Shown: positions 13,901 through 25,841 of the stretch, in pieces
Layout of the letters: every line of letters starts with the position of its first letter
How positions within the stretch are numbered: position 1 is the first letter of the stretch
Origin: Takakia lepidozioides
Lineage: Eukaryota > Plantae > Bryophyta
DNA length: 64,000 nt
Assembly: GCA_030704615.1 (NCBI GenBank)
Contig: CM060731.1
Location: 58,900,001-58,964,000 of the forward strand
Reading direction: 5' to 3'
The notes under the pieces: model-generated
The model's database searches: none
What the model saw: the letters and a program-made list of their open reading frames with translations, nothing else
Told to the model about the DNA's origin: nothing
Position numbers and translations under genes: made by a program

Positions 13901-14275
13901 GTTGTCCAAAGCTGAAATCGCACAAATCTTCACAAAACACCGACTAAGGACAGTCCCCCTACAATTGAGCTCGCATTGCACTTGAACGACCAATTTCTGA
14001 GCACCTTCAAATTCAACAAAAAATCTGCAACAGCGTCGAGCACTCTACTCTAGATCAACTTAACCAGCCATAAATTAATGGATGTGAGACTCTTAGCATC
14101 TGCGAGGAAGACAGTTCTCTGCAGGACGGCAACAATAGCCAAATTCCTGTCCTCAATAGTCGCAACACACGACACTCGAAGCCGAAACTCCAAACAGGGG
14201 AGTTGTGGGTAGCACTACCGGTAAAATTCTGCCAAAAAATGGTGGAGAGAGGTAGGAGGTCCTTCGAGCTACTGA

Positions 14276-15049
14276 CTAGCAAAAAGGGGACCTGTGCGGT
14301 GTCCCTTTTCTCCGCTTCGCAGAGACAGGTAAAATTACAGACTTTGGAGATGAGGCAAGAGCTGAGAGACGACCACTCCGTATCTTTTTCGGTGGTAGTA
14401 GTGTTGACGCTGTGGATGTCACGGTTCCGCAACCAATTCCATCACTTGCAGTGGAGTCTGACGAAGTTTGCGCGGGCAATTCCTCGAAAGGGGAATCGGC
14501 CATGAGATCCTCTTCAATTTCGAGCTTTCCGGCCTTCAGGCTCTCAGCGGGAGAGCAGGTAAAGAACGAGTAGGGTAAAGAATTGCCCCCGGGTAGCAAG
14601 CTGGAGACATCTCTTCCTTGGTGTATGACGGCATCGACCTTGCAGGCTACCGAGCAGTAGCTGTAAGAATCCTGGAGGCTCCTTTCACAAGTTCCACAGG
14701 CATTTCCCAGCCCCTTGGAGGGCCGCGGCTGCGGCCGCTGGTTGAGGAACACAACTCTTGCGCTGTTGATGATATACGTCTGCACTTGCGAACAGTCCAC
14801 CAATCTTTGAATGTCCTGTAGGCGGATAACATCATGGTACACATATCTCCGGATCTGCAGCAGGCAGTGGCTGTGATGGCTGGAAACACAATGCTGGCAC
14901 ACCCCGCCATTGCAATCTACGCAAAACACATTTCTCTCGTTCTTTTTCAAAGAAGCATGCTTGGAGCACGGCACAAAGAACTTCTCACTCAGCAGTGCCT
15001 CCAACCACGCTGGTTTCTGAGGCAAAACAGACAAATCATACCCCACCAT
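14276..15049 (-). CDS. PLATZ: PLATZ zinc-finger transcription factor, single exon, 257 aa from the first ATG
   Basis: PAWLEALLSEKFF..C..H..KKNE.N.FC.DC...C.HC...H..H.LLQIRRYVYHDV, VQTYIINSARVVFLNQRPQ, C..C.RSL....YCS.ACKV and C-terminal RRKGTPHRSP are diagnostic of PLATZ. The ORF-track start at 15106 is TTG; first ATG is at 15049. Confidence 0.95.
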   Translation of the reverse strand: MVGYDLSVLPQKPAWLEALLSEKFFVPCSKHASLKKNERNVFCVDCNGGVCQHCVSSHHSHCLLQIRRYVYHDVIRLQDIQRLVDCSQVQTYIINSARVVFLNQRPQPRPSKGLGNACGTCERSLQDSYSYCSVACKVDAVIHQGRDVSSLLPGGNSLPYSFFTCSPAESLKAGKLEIEEDLMADSPFEELPAQTSSDSTASDGIGCGTVTSTASTLLPPKKIRSGRLSALASSPKSVILPVSAKRRKGTPHRSPFC

Positions 15050-18000
15050 GACGCTCTCACCTCCCGCAGCTCTCCAGCTCCTCACCTCACTCCCAATCCC
15101 CTCCAATTACGCACGCATCTACACAAGCTCAGTCAAAGAGCTGCTCTCTGCCTAGCTATGGCGAAGAGCGCCGCGCTTCTTCCAAGGACGGCTGGCAAGG
15201 CGGGAACCTGTTCGCAGCTGCAAGACCTAATCTCTGACCCGCCGCGCTAACCCCGGTTAACCCGGTCAATCAGTCGCGCCCTTTGTTCGCCAATCCCCGA
15301 TCGCTCCTTACCACCCCCGCCACCGCCACTTTTAGCCCAACCGCCACTTTTCAAACTGGCAGGGCCTGGGTTCGATCCCCTTCACGGACCGATCAGCCGC
15401 CTATTTAGCTGCGCCCATAACCTGGATGGGGCTGCGAGCAACCTCATTTGAATTCAAGCTGCTGCTAAATTTGGCGCGCCTGCTAAATTGGGGCTGGCCT
15501 GCCCATTAAAGGCCAAACAGCAGACCAGACTGCTAACCGCGGTTAATTTCACACGTGCCTTTTAACCCCACACGACAGCGGGGCAACTGCTGTCATTGGC
15601 CCGTCGGTTTCTCGTCAGACGGCACGCGGGTCGCTTTCAATCTCTACCGTCGGTGGGTAGGAAATGGACGGTGCCGATCGGACTGCCATCTGTGGGTCTG
15701 CTGTTATTGCCGTGCCTCAAAGAGACGTTGATGGGCTCCCTGACAGCCTATCGCCATTTTTGCGATTTTTGAATTTCATGTCTCGCCAAAATGGCGATCG
15801 GAGCTGCTTGCAGAAAAGTTTGGTTGGCTGGTCGGGTGGCCAATTATCATCCATCCCAACGAACTGCATCCAGGAGGGAGCAGGCTCACTGTGGCCCCGG
15901 ACGGTCCAACAGGTCTGTCAACAGCAGGCCCACAATGTCCCTGACTCCTGACTCCTGACCGCTCTCCTCCCCCCTCTGCCTCCACATCTGCACTGCATAT
16001 TCCTGAGTTATTTTCCATTAGTTTTCTGTGGAGGGTCCAAGTTGACGTGTCAGATATCTGACTGCTTTTCTGCAGCTGGAAGCTTAGCCATGAACTGAAA
16101 TGGATGATTTGTTTTTTGGATGATTCCATCCCATTCATCAGCAAAAAAGGAGGTGCAAATATAAGTTCGAAGACATTCTCTAATGCATGGGTAGGATCCT
16201 GTGCAGATGGTTCAGCTTGCATCAAGTGGGGGCTAAAATAAATGGCTATAAAGGAGGGCACAGTTATAGCTTGTATCATGTTTCCAAGTGACACCGCCCT
16301 CTATAACTGATGTCCCGCAATTGAGCCCAACATTCCCAATATAGAGACACAATAAATATGGCATTGCTACACATCAGAGATCGGATGATTTCATTCGTTG
16401 CGTTATCGCCCAGTTTTGGTCCGAGTTTGTCGTGGATGTAAACTCCAAAAAGCTGGATGGTTTAAGCTAACCGTGATTAAGCTCGCAGCGTTAATGGCAG
16501 CCCGAACGGGACAAGGGGGGCAGTAAAGCCGAGGGGCAGCACGACTGAGGACGGGCCCTGCTCGCCGCCCGCGCCGCTGCCCCTGACCCCGCTGCCCTCC
16601 GGGCCACCCGCCTTTACTGCACATTCATCTCTTCCATCTATTTTTTCCATTCCCTATTAAATCTGCCCCATCTTCTTGCAATTATTAATAAACTACTGTG
16701 CGAGAACCCCCCTTTTTTGTTATTTGGTCGATGGTTTTTCATTGCATCCACGAGGAAAAATCAGTTTGCATGAATTCCTGCCCTCCTGAGTCGACAACCA
16801 CTGTGCGGGATTGAATAATAATAATCTGGGAAAAACTCACGGGCTGGAACTCTACCTGTCAAGGAAGCAAATTCCGGGCGAGAACATTCACCCCGTGCTT
16901 TTGAAGTAGCAGAAAGTTAGACATGAATGACGGCGGGTTGAGTAATTTTGAGACCTCCTAAAATCAGACTCGCCCAAAAATCTAGGAACCTCGGGCTGTA
17001 GCACATCGCTTTGCCATACATTTTGTTTCGAATCTCGAATGCGAGAGTATCCCAGTGTCAGAACACACGGAAGGCATACTTTATCTCGAGTCCCCCGATC
17101 TTTCGTCTGATTGAGAAAAGAACCGAACTGGAGACTAAAGTAGCAAATTTCAGATTCGGATGGGAATTGCATGGGAGGTTCGAATGGGAAGGATGGTTGG
17201 TGCCCTCTCCACTCATTGTCAATGCATAGGCTACTGCAAATCATTCTGCCATAAAAACCCAGTAAAGTCGTAGAAGGAGAGAATTTTTGAGTGTCAGAGC
17301 GACAAGTGCAATGATCCACCGAATCTGGGCATGTTGATGACTCGTCTGGCGCTCTGCACCCACCTCCCTCGCAGCACATGGCCACCCACTCGCTGTAAGT
17401 CCAAATCTTTTTTTATGATTTCCACACTCGATCCACTAATCTCCCAAAAATCTCCACAACCCTAATAATGGCGTTAGTCAACCGGGCACGTTACGGGGGT
17501 GACTTAGTGCGGGATTAGTCAAACCGGACGCATTATTAGGGGTGGTGATTAGTGCCTTGAACCAGCGCTGCACTATCACTCCTGTACTCATCACCCACCT
17601 GCCACTGTCTTTTCCCAGATCTGAACGGATGTCCTGCCCCAATAATATTCAGTGTCATTCATCCACTTTCGTTGTCGTCCGTATGGGGGTTTATTATTAA
17701 AAACTTTCCTGCTATTAATACAAAACTGGCATTCAGTAATTCATTAAATTCACTGGGATTAGGTGTTCCGAAAAATCAAAGAATAAAAACTATTCCCATG
17801 CATTTGGAGCCGAAAATGGAGGGAAATTAAATATCGTCCCACCGCCTGAGATATTCCCAAGTGTAAATAGGCGGGGCATTGAACTCCCGGGGTAATAAGT
17901 GGCCCCTCCATAAAAGAGCGCAGTGGCCAAGGATCACGTTGGCCCCGCATTTACCACCGCATGCCCTTCAATGTTTCATGGCTTTTACTGCCCCTCATTA

Positions 18001-19329
18001 TCACTCCTACACTTCACTTGCCATGCCCCCTCATCAATGCGCCTCATCCCTCATGGATGAATAATTGCTCCTTCGTCTGCTCACATCATCCAATAGGCCA
18101 CAAGTCGTCGAAAAGGTGCGTTATCATCCACACTGGAGTAGATAGTAAACGGTAAATACCATCAAGCGTATGTATTATATAGTAGAAATTGGTACTGAGG
18201 TCTGATATCTTCCAAGTGAATGGACGATGAAGGTATACAATAGCCCATGCGTGAATGTTTTGGCACCAATATGTATAGAGCTTCAAGCTCCGTTCACTTT
18301 GCTGCAAAAATTTATTTTTAAGAAAAAGCTTGTTCCGCATCCGACAGACAATTGCACTTGGTTTTCTCCAATTTCTAGTTGCCATGTTAGAGGTTGCACA
18401 CGCGTTGTGGTTGAATTATACTTAGTGTTGTTGCTTGAGGTCTGGGGGATCCCTCCATGAAGAGGCAACAACTACTAGAAACTACTCCACGAAAAGAAGC
18501 AAGACACTTTGATGAAGAAGAAACGAAGAAACCCCACCTGGCCACCACACATTTACCTTTGAACATACAGACCGTCCATTGGGCCCTCGATGGCCTGTGT
18601 GTTGAGCAGTAGGCTCTGTAAATTCACTGGACGTTAAAGAATCTTTATCTTTATCTTATCCTTACATACTTGTGTATTTGTACACGGGGTGACGATAGAG
18701 AAAACAATTCACTCAACTACGTACAGCCTTTCTTTTAACTATGCGTAGATTTAGCCTTGGTTAAAAGGGTCATCCTCGTGGTCTGATGGAGGGTTTCAAT
18801 TTCTTTCCCTCCAATAATTCCAAATAAAGCTTTCAGGGTACTCCCAGTACCATCCCCTTTCCTTTAATATATATACACCAGACCAGTCACTGCAGGTCAG
18901 TGTACATAATTTGTGTCACATGGATTATTTCTTAGATGAACTGTAATATGTCAGTACAGATATTCATATTTCAATACAGATTCTATTCTTCAGATGTAGC
19001 TGTCTTCAAAACATCTTTTTTTTTTAAAAATTAAAAGGCGAGGAAGCCCTGCAAATCATAATTAATAAGAAGTCCTGGAAAAAATAACCAGGACAAGAGG
19101 CCATGAGGCACATCTTTTAATAAGTAATGAAGAAATTTAATTGATTATATATATATTAATGTTCATCATCCTCTATACTAGCAATGGCCGGCTGTCCCAT
19201 CACCTCTAGCTTATATTTTCCTCTTTGTTCAATCCAATTTTGGGCGCTGTCCCTTTCATCCAACAAAAGAAGAAAAAACGAAAACTAGCTGCCAATTAAA
19301 TTATTTATTGATGATGAATGGACAGTTGA

Positions 19330-19515
19330 AGGAAGATGTCCAAGGATCAAACCCAGAATCACCTTGACATGAGAAAATAGCCTTTGTCACCGTAAGCTCT
19401 CCATGAGGCGCTTATCACAAAGGAAGGCAGAGAAGATCAACCAACTGCAATGGAACACAATTTGAACCTAGAATCACCTGAATGGAACACACTATTCTAT
19501 CCAACTGAGATACCG
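19330..19515 (-). mobile_element. Two decayed tRNA-derived (SINE-like) heads in tandem
   Basis: Minus strand: ggtatctcagttggatag...ggtgattctaggttcaaatt and gagagcttacggtga...ggtgattctgggtttgatcc, i.e. A-box/B-box-like pairs sharing ggtgattct.ggtt. Confidence 0.4.
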
Positions 19516-19819
19516 ACTGATTAACAAGTTATTGCGTGTTACAAACCTTATATGTGGGGATATTTTTCAAAAAGCACTTGGTCCAAGGTATCATTCCCTG
19601 TAGGATACCACGGCCTACGGATAGACTAGGTACCTACCTATCTGCAGAAATGTAGGTAGGTACACATGTACCTAGGAAGGTACCTACACGTTGTATATAC
19701 ACAGGTATGTCTACTTGCATTCCATAATACATATACCTGACTCAATACGTAGACGTACGAGTTGCATTTAGGAGGTACAGATATGTGCCGTACACGAAAG
19801 CGTAGATCACGCTGACACG

Positions 19820-19892
19820 CAGATGGTCCCAGTGGTTGACGCGCTGCCGTTGGGTTAGGCGGTCCTGGGTTCAAATTCACACACAGGCTACA
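19820..19892 (+). mobile_element. tRNA-derived SINE-like head or tRNA pseudogene
   Basis: A-box-like tggtcccagtgg (19824) and B-box-like gggttcaaattc (19867) at tRNA spacing; no complete cloverleaf. Confidence 0.45.
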
Positions 19893-21194
19893 GTGAGTGC
19901 CTGTACTATCTCCAGGAGGGGCATTGAATGAGGTCATTTATGACAAATCGAACGGCCCTCCTAGAGCCACGTGTTAACAAGAAAAACTGGCGGGAAACTG
20001 TGTTCGCAATCAATTCACTCCATTTTCATCCAATTTTTGCCGGCGAAAATAATCTCCCGGATGGGTCCCAAATCGATGAGATATTTCGATATTTCTTCGT
20101 TTGTAACATCCTGTGCTGTGAGAGTGCAGGCAATGGATGGATGTGACCTCTGAGTCTCGTGAGGCCTGATTTATGGCCACTCTTTCCTTTTCAAGTTTGT
20201 AATAGTATGGTTGGAAGGACGTTGATGAATTAGTTGCGGGTACAATTTAGTAGGCCATCTTATGGTGGTTCATTTATTGTTACCATTTGGCCATAGAGTA
20301 GCATGTAAAGGTGGGTGCCTTTTCATCTCCACCCACCCACTTTGAAATCAGGGGGCTGCTGAGAAATGGTGGAAGGAGGGTTTCCTCTATAGACTTATAG
20401 CTAGCAAGTGGCAATGGCTTCACCCTTCAGATGTTCATATTGCAAGTCTGAATCTATGTAGTATCCATGTAAGTAGATTATAAAATACCAAAATAAAACA
20501 AATTGCTAGAAAAAAATGAAATGTAACACAAAAGCAAGCGGCTAGACGCGTATGGCTCCTCTTTGCGAATAGTGAAATCTACTCTCTTCCATAATAAACC
20601 TGAAAATTCATCCATTTATTTCTCATAATGTATTCAATGATAAAGATGTTATTTGAGGGAGGTATTAGGAGATGAGGCTACTTTTGACACCGATGCATAG
20701 TAGAATAAAGATGAGCAATAAATGTGAAGTTTAGAAACAAAATACCTTCAAATATGTCATAGCGATAGTAATAAATTGGAATACAAGGGATATATTTGAA
20801 GGCTAGGTTATTTTTTGCACCTATCACAACGCATGTGAAAGGTAAAAAAAAACCTCTCCGTCAAAAGAAAGGCATGGACAAAAAATTGTCTATAACAGTG
20901 AAAGGCAAAAATAAATTTAAAATTTAAAAAGAAAAAAACCATCAAAAGAAAGATAAAAATTGCAAAAGAAACGTATGAATTATTGAAAATTATTAGTATT
21001 CTAATTTCATATGACATATAGTTTGAAAGGTCAAATAAAATTGTCAACTTGTCATGTGAAAGGCATTTTCTCAAAGTTGTCTGTCACAATGAAAGTATTT
21101 AAATTTAATTTAATTTTATATAAAAAAAACCCAAAAAAAAAACCTGTCACAAAAAATGTATGGCTACCTGTCAAAAAACAACATTGTTGAAGGG

Positions 21195-21360
21195 ATGAAA
21201 GTGAATGAAGCTGAATATCATGGAATTGAATGTGATGGAACTAGAAAGAACCAAAATATGGGAACTGAAAGAATAAATCTGAATGGAACTGAATATAATG
21301 GAATTGGATGTGATAGAATGGAATGGATGAATCTGAAAGGAATTGAATGTAGTGAAATTT
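21195..21360 (+). repeat. Degenerate (GAATG/GGAAT)n low-complexity repeat
   Basis: Repeated tgaatg, ggaattg, gaatggaa and ggaactgaa units. Confidence 0.6.
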
Positions 21361-21488
21361 CAAAATAAATTTAAAATTAATCATTTTTTATTTCAAATAC
21401 AATATATTTCTTATTTACCACAATACTCTACAAAGTACATAAATGATTAGTCCTCAGTTATTTCTTTATATATCTAAATATATAGGGC

Positions 21489-24460
21489 ATGGACGTGGAA
21501 GCAAAACCCGATGATATACTGATCACGGAAAGCCCGCTTATACGGCCTCTTCGACAATGTTTGCAAACAGCAAAACCAGGACCCTTCAACAGGAAGGATC
21601 TCCATTGGAAGAGTGAGACGCAATATCGGTTTATGGGTGTGCGAGTGAATGTTGAAATGGCCTGCATACCTTGGGATAGAGTTGGTAACTTTGTCCTGGG
21701 AGAGAAGGGTTTGGAGGACTACCCCACTCAGTTTTGGGTGAATGTCCATTCTAAAGTGGAACCCGGCTCGCAAAAAGCACCCAGAGCCAACACATTTCTG
21801 TCCAGTATTATGTGTGTACCATCCTCAGTCCTTTTGACGTTTCATTGCATGTCTGTTGCCATTTTTTGTTTCACGAGTTCTCTGATTTTATGCTTCCTCA
21901 AGTCATTGGATATCGATTTTAGAATTTTTTGTCCAGGTATCAATGCTGTTACGGTCCTGATGACAAGCGCACCAACAAGGCAATAGTGGAGGATCCAAAA
22001 CAGAAGCGTGGAGGACCTCTTGTGGGTGCTGGAACATCTTGCCCTCATAAAGGCCCAAGGAGAAAGAAGTCGGAGTATGGAGAGTCTTACAAGCGTGGTT
22101 GTCAATGTTCTTTCAAGGTCCAGCAATGTTATCTCGCCCCTGACATCTGTGTCCTCACGTACTACAACAACATGGAGCATACAGATGCGCAAGGGAAACC
22201 CTCGCATGGGAAGTCCGCAGAGTTCAGGAACACCCGCCACGCCTATGCACCACACATTAGCGAGGAATTGAAAGCCTGGGTCGTCGAGTGTTTGTGCCGA
22301 GGCCTGTCGGTCGCCCAAATCATGATGGAGCATAAAGAGCACGTGATGAACAACACCGGCTTGGGCGATGCATGGACCCACGATGATTTCTTGTTGGAGC
22401 AAGATGTTCGCAACCTTGCCGAGAAATGTGCGTGGCAAACCTTCAAAAAGCACGCCGATGATGCGGAGAGTGTGCGCATGTGGAGAGACCAGAATCCTAC
22501 GTCCGTTTTTTTCTATCAAGAGGAGAAATTAGAGCCAACATTCGAGCATTTTGATGGAGATTTGACATGCACTATTGGCATACAGACTCCGTGGCAGAAA
22601 CGACGAATGCTGGAACTAGGACATGACCGTATCGTTGCATGTGATGCAACATTTGGGACGAATCATGACAAGGTACTATTCGAACGATTCCATGGACTTG
22701 TACGAGCATGATAGCATAGTACCATGCAACATTCACATAAAATTTGGTGTGCTGACCCTTTTCGTATGTTTTCATGTGTACGTTGCGGAAGACTGAGGGG
22801 CAGACCCATTGTGAACCATTGCAGACCTCATCACTCTTATGAAGTCTTCTCGTGCAGAACTGAGCGGAATTCGCATGCTCTGACCATCTTACATTGTGCA
22901 TTCCAACAGTTCCCATTGTACACGTTGATGGTCTTCGACGAGTGGTTGAACGGTATACCAGTTGCCTATATCCTATCCGTGAGGAATCGGACAACAGACT
23001 TGGTTCCGTGATGAGAGCCTTGCGCGATTCACTCCTCGCAGATTTGCCGAGCTGGTGACCCAATGCCTTCATTGTGGACGATGCCAAAGCAGAAATCAAC
23101 GCTATTCGGTAAGTCTGTTGGTCCATAGCATCGGTCCATTGTCGAGGTCCACTGCAGCAGTCCAGTGGCTCTGCCCGCTGATACAGATCACTGTTACAGT
23201 CCACTCCGGCATTCCACCATTGCAGTCCGATCCCAAGACTCTAATGTGTACCATGTGTGTTGTGCAGAATTGTTTTTGAAGGAGTACTCATTTTCCTCTG
23301 CCTTTGGCATGTCCGCAAGGCATGGATGAAGCAATCATGCAAGAAAACGAAGGATCCGGTGACCGCTGTAAACTTGTTGAAGGATATGGGAGACCTCATG
23401 TACTGTAGAGGGGGACCACGCAACGAGAAAAGAGCGCTTCGGTGGGTTACAAGGAGAATCCGTCGTATGAGGTCAAAATACCCGAAAGGACATGAATTTC
23501 TTGACTATATCGAACAGTACTGGAAGCCCAAAATAGCAATGTGGTGTACAGCAGCCCGCTATGTCCCTCATGCGAGCCAAGACACAAACGCAAGCATTGA
23601 GGCATACCATGGAAATCTGAAGGCAAGACTTGCCATGGGGAAAGGCAAGATGAGTGGTCGTAGAGTGGACTGGCTTATATGGGAACTCACTGGCCGTGTG
23701 CTAACACACTACTGGTACGCAATCCATTTGAAGACCCATGGGTTCATAAGAAATGAAAAACACGAAAAGTACATATCCAGTTCTATACTTGCAGCACGAG
23801 ACATTCCTGCTGAGAGTGTTACTCTTCCCTTGGGTCCTGGTGAGCCAACCTACGTTCTCAGCAGCAACCACCCCAGCACAACATACATTGTTTATAATCC
23901 GTGTCCTGAAGATGCTTCACCCTGACCTGCAGGATGGCCTCCTTGTGCGCGCTTGTGGCACGGCGCTGGGAACCATTCATGGAGGATTACCTAACTTGCT
24001 CTTGGGCAATGGTGCCGGCGACAACGACAAATCCAATCAGTTCATGGAAAGACATCCTCCGGACAACTTCCCCTACGACGAGGCACCTCTGGAGGTCTCA
24101 GCCTCAATGGAACAAGAATTCGCGGACATACTTCGCATTGTAGGTGATGACAAATACCTGGAGGCACATGCCCGATCTGCTCTTCGTATGTGCAAAGGGC
24201 AGCTCGTTGATATCCTGGCGAAAAGTGCGGCTGGAATGTTGCACCCTGCGGCAGCGAAGGCTTTCCGTTCTCTGAACAACAACAACAACAACAACATGTC
24301 TCTGAAAAAGAGACGAGATTTCGTGGAGGCCTGGAAAACCCGGCCTAGGGTTTTGCGGAGAACCAGCAAGAGGGTGTCTACACCTGCACCTGCAGCACAT
24401 ATATACTCAAAAATTCGCAAGATTTCAGGTCGTGTAGGTGTCACGAAGAAGACAATATAA
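21489..24460 (+). pseudogene. Mutator-like (MULE) DDE transposase, AT4G13970/AT1G60560-like family; spliced, disrupted (exons ~21489-21811, 21937-22672, 22910-23108, 23268-)
   Basis: Motifs IPWDRV.NFV.GE, YQCCYGPDD, KRGCQCSF.V, H.D..G.P.HG, AP.IS, GIQT.WQ, ACDATFGTN (D1), FPLYTLMVFD..GIPVAY, FIVDD (D2), CLWH, TNASIEAYH (E). GT-AG introns join in phase. A 1-nt deletion (~23010) and a TGA (~23057) disrupt exon 3; the frame breaks near 23925, where a SWIM finger would be expected. Confidence 0.8.
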
Positions 24461-24540
24461 GTCTGCAATGCCTCGAAAAGAGACAAGGTTTCAGGTCATG
24501 TAGGTGTCACGAAGAAGACAATATAAGTCTGCAATTCCTC
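24420..24540 (+). repeat. Local ~48-bp direct duplication
   Basis: ttcaggtc(g/a)tgtaggtgtcacgaagaagacaatataagtctgcaat occurs at ~24424 and ~24490. Confidence 0.8.
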
Positions 24541-24577
24541 TGGTAGCATTGTCCCTTTCTGAAATACAAGTCCGCAA

Positions 24578-24900
24578 TGGACTCATGCACAGTCTCCCAA
24601 CGGACTCCTCTAGTCTCCACAATCCCGGCACACTCCGGCACAAACTCCCATCAGACGGCTGCAAAGTCCCACAATGGACTCCTGCACAGTCTCCCAACGG
24701 ATTCCTCCAGTCTCCCAACTGACTCCCACACAATCTCCCAAGCATAGTCTCCCAACGGACTCACGCACAGTCTCCCAACAGAGTCACAGTCAACAGACTG
24801 CGAACGCCAGTAAGCCAGTCTGCTGCCCACTCTCGTTGGGAGTCTGCTCCGTTAGAGTCTGCTGGATGACGGCCTGCTGAATGGGAGTCTGCTGGATGGC
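24578..24900. repeat. Short degenerate tandem repeats (cacagtctcccaacggactc; agtctgctg)
   Basis: About 6 copies of (a/c)agtctcccaac(g)gactc followed by about 4 copies of agtctgct. Confidence 0.65.
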
Positions 24901-25140
24901 AGACTCGGCTGTCCCAGACGCATTCCCCCCCGACGCGTCTTGAATATGTAATGCCGCTATAGCAGCAGATGACCCAGGATACTTCAATAATATGTACTCT
25001 CGCACGCGGTCCACTTCCGCACGCACTGCAGTCGCTTGTAAAGGAGCATCATTGCTAGGTATCCGCCAAGCCTGAATGGCCCTACGAATAGAAACACGTT
25101 CATCCTGGTACACGGCAGAGAACTTGGACGTCAGGAACAT
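24790..25140 (-). CDS. Small hypothetical ORF (116 aa), possible accessory gene convergent on the MULE transposase
   Basis: ATG at 25140 opens MFLTSKFSAVYQDERVSIRRAIQAW...; lies downstream of an ACGT-rich cluster; no recognised domain. Confidence 0.3.
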   Translation of the reverse strand: MFLTSKFSAVYQDERVSIRRAIQAWRIPSNDAPLQATAVRAEVDRVREYILLKYPGSSAAIAALHIQDASGGNASGTAESAIQQTPIQQAVIQQTLTEQTPNESGQQTGLLAFAVC

Positions 25141-25199
25141 GGACGTGGACTCTATATTCACCTCATGCAGCGGACTGGACTCACAGACCAGCAGACTGA

Positions 25200-25390
25200 C
25201 AGACGTAACGTGCGTACGTAGCAACGACGCAATGGCGTGAGCGTTGCGCGTGAGCGCGCGAGCGTACGCTCACGCAGGAGTGACGTGGCGTGAGCCTGCA
25301 CACACGCTGACGTGGCGTGAGCGTCATGTCAGCATGCTGATGTGGCGGTAAATGATGACGTGGCACTGTCCGTCATCTGCCACGTCAGCA
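25200..25390. promoter_or_regulatory. Cluster of TGACGTGG(C)/ACGT (bZIP G/C-box-like) motifs
   Basis: tgacgtggc at ~25281, ~25308 and ~25356, tgatgtggc at ~25338, and inverted gccacgtca at ~25379. Confidence 0.5.
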
Positions 25391-25841
25391 TTAACATGCG
25401 CCGCCTATAACCGTGGATGGTCCTATGACCGTGGAATTAATGCAGGGAATCTTGCCTAAATAGAATCAAGACGAGCGTTGAGGCCTACAATTGCAGCATC
25501 CAACATTGTGCAATTACAAATGCTTGTTTCACTTTTACAATTACGAAAACGAAAAAATATCCTCACAAAGTGTGCGCCATAAATGCTGCCACGGGAAGAC
25601 CTTCATCCCTCCTCAAATAACAATGAGAGTTAGGATCATCTTCAAAAGATGATTGTAGTGCATAGCGACAGCAAGACATGTAGACTTCGAACGGTGCAAT
25701 GACAAATGTGCACTACCTAAAAGTTGTCACTCAGAGCTCACTCCGTATAGTTGGAGGCCATATCATTGCACAGCCGACGAATTGATGTGAATTACACATT
25801 TCAAATCATGGTCATCCACATACCACATTACATAGTTCATG

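Noticed and set aside
11000-14270. Short ORFs and splice-like signals downstream of PLATZ
   Set aside because: No coherent gene model; may be 3' UTR or intergenic.
15350-15395. GGTTCGATCCC T-loop/B-box-like motif upstream of PLATZ
   Set aside because: No convincing A box or cloverleaf; not called a tRNA.
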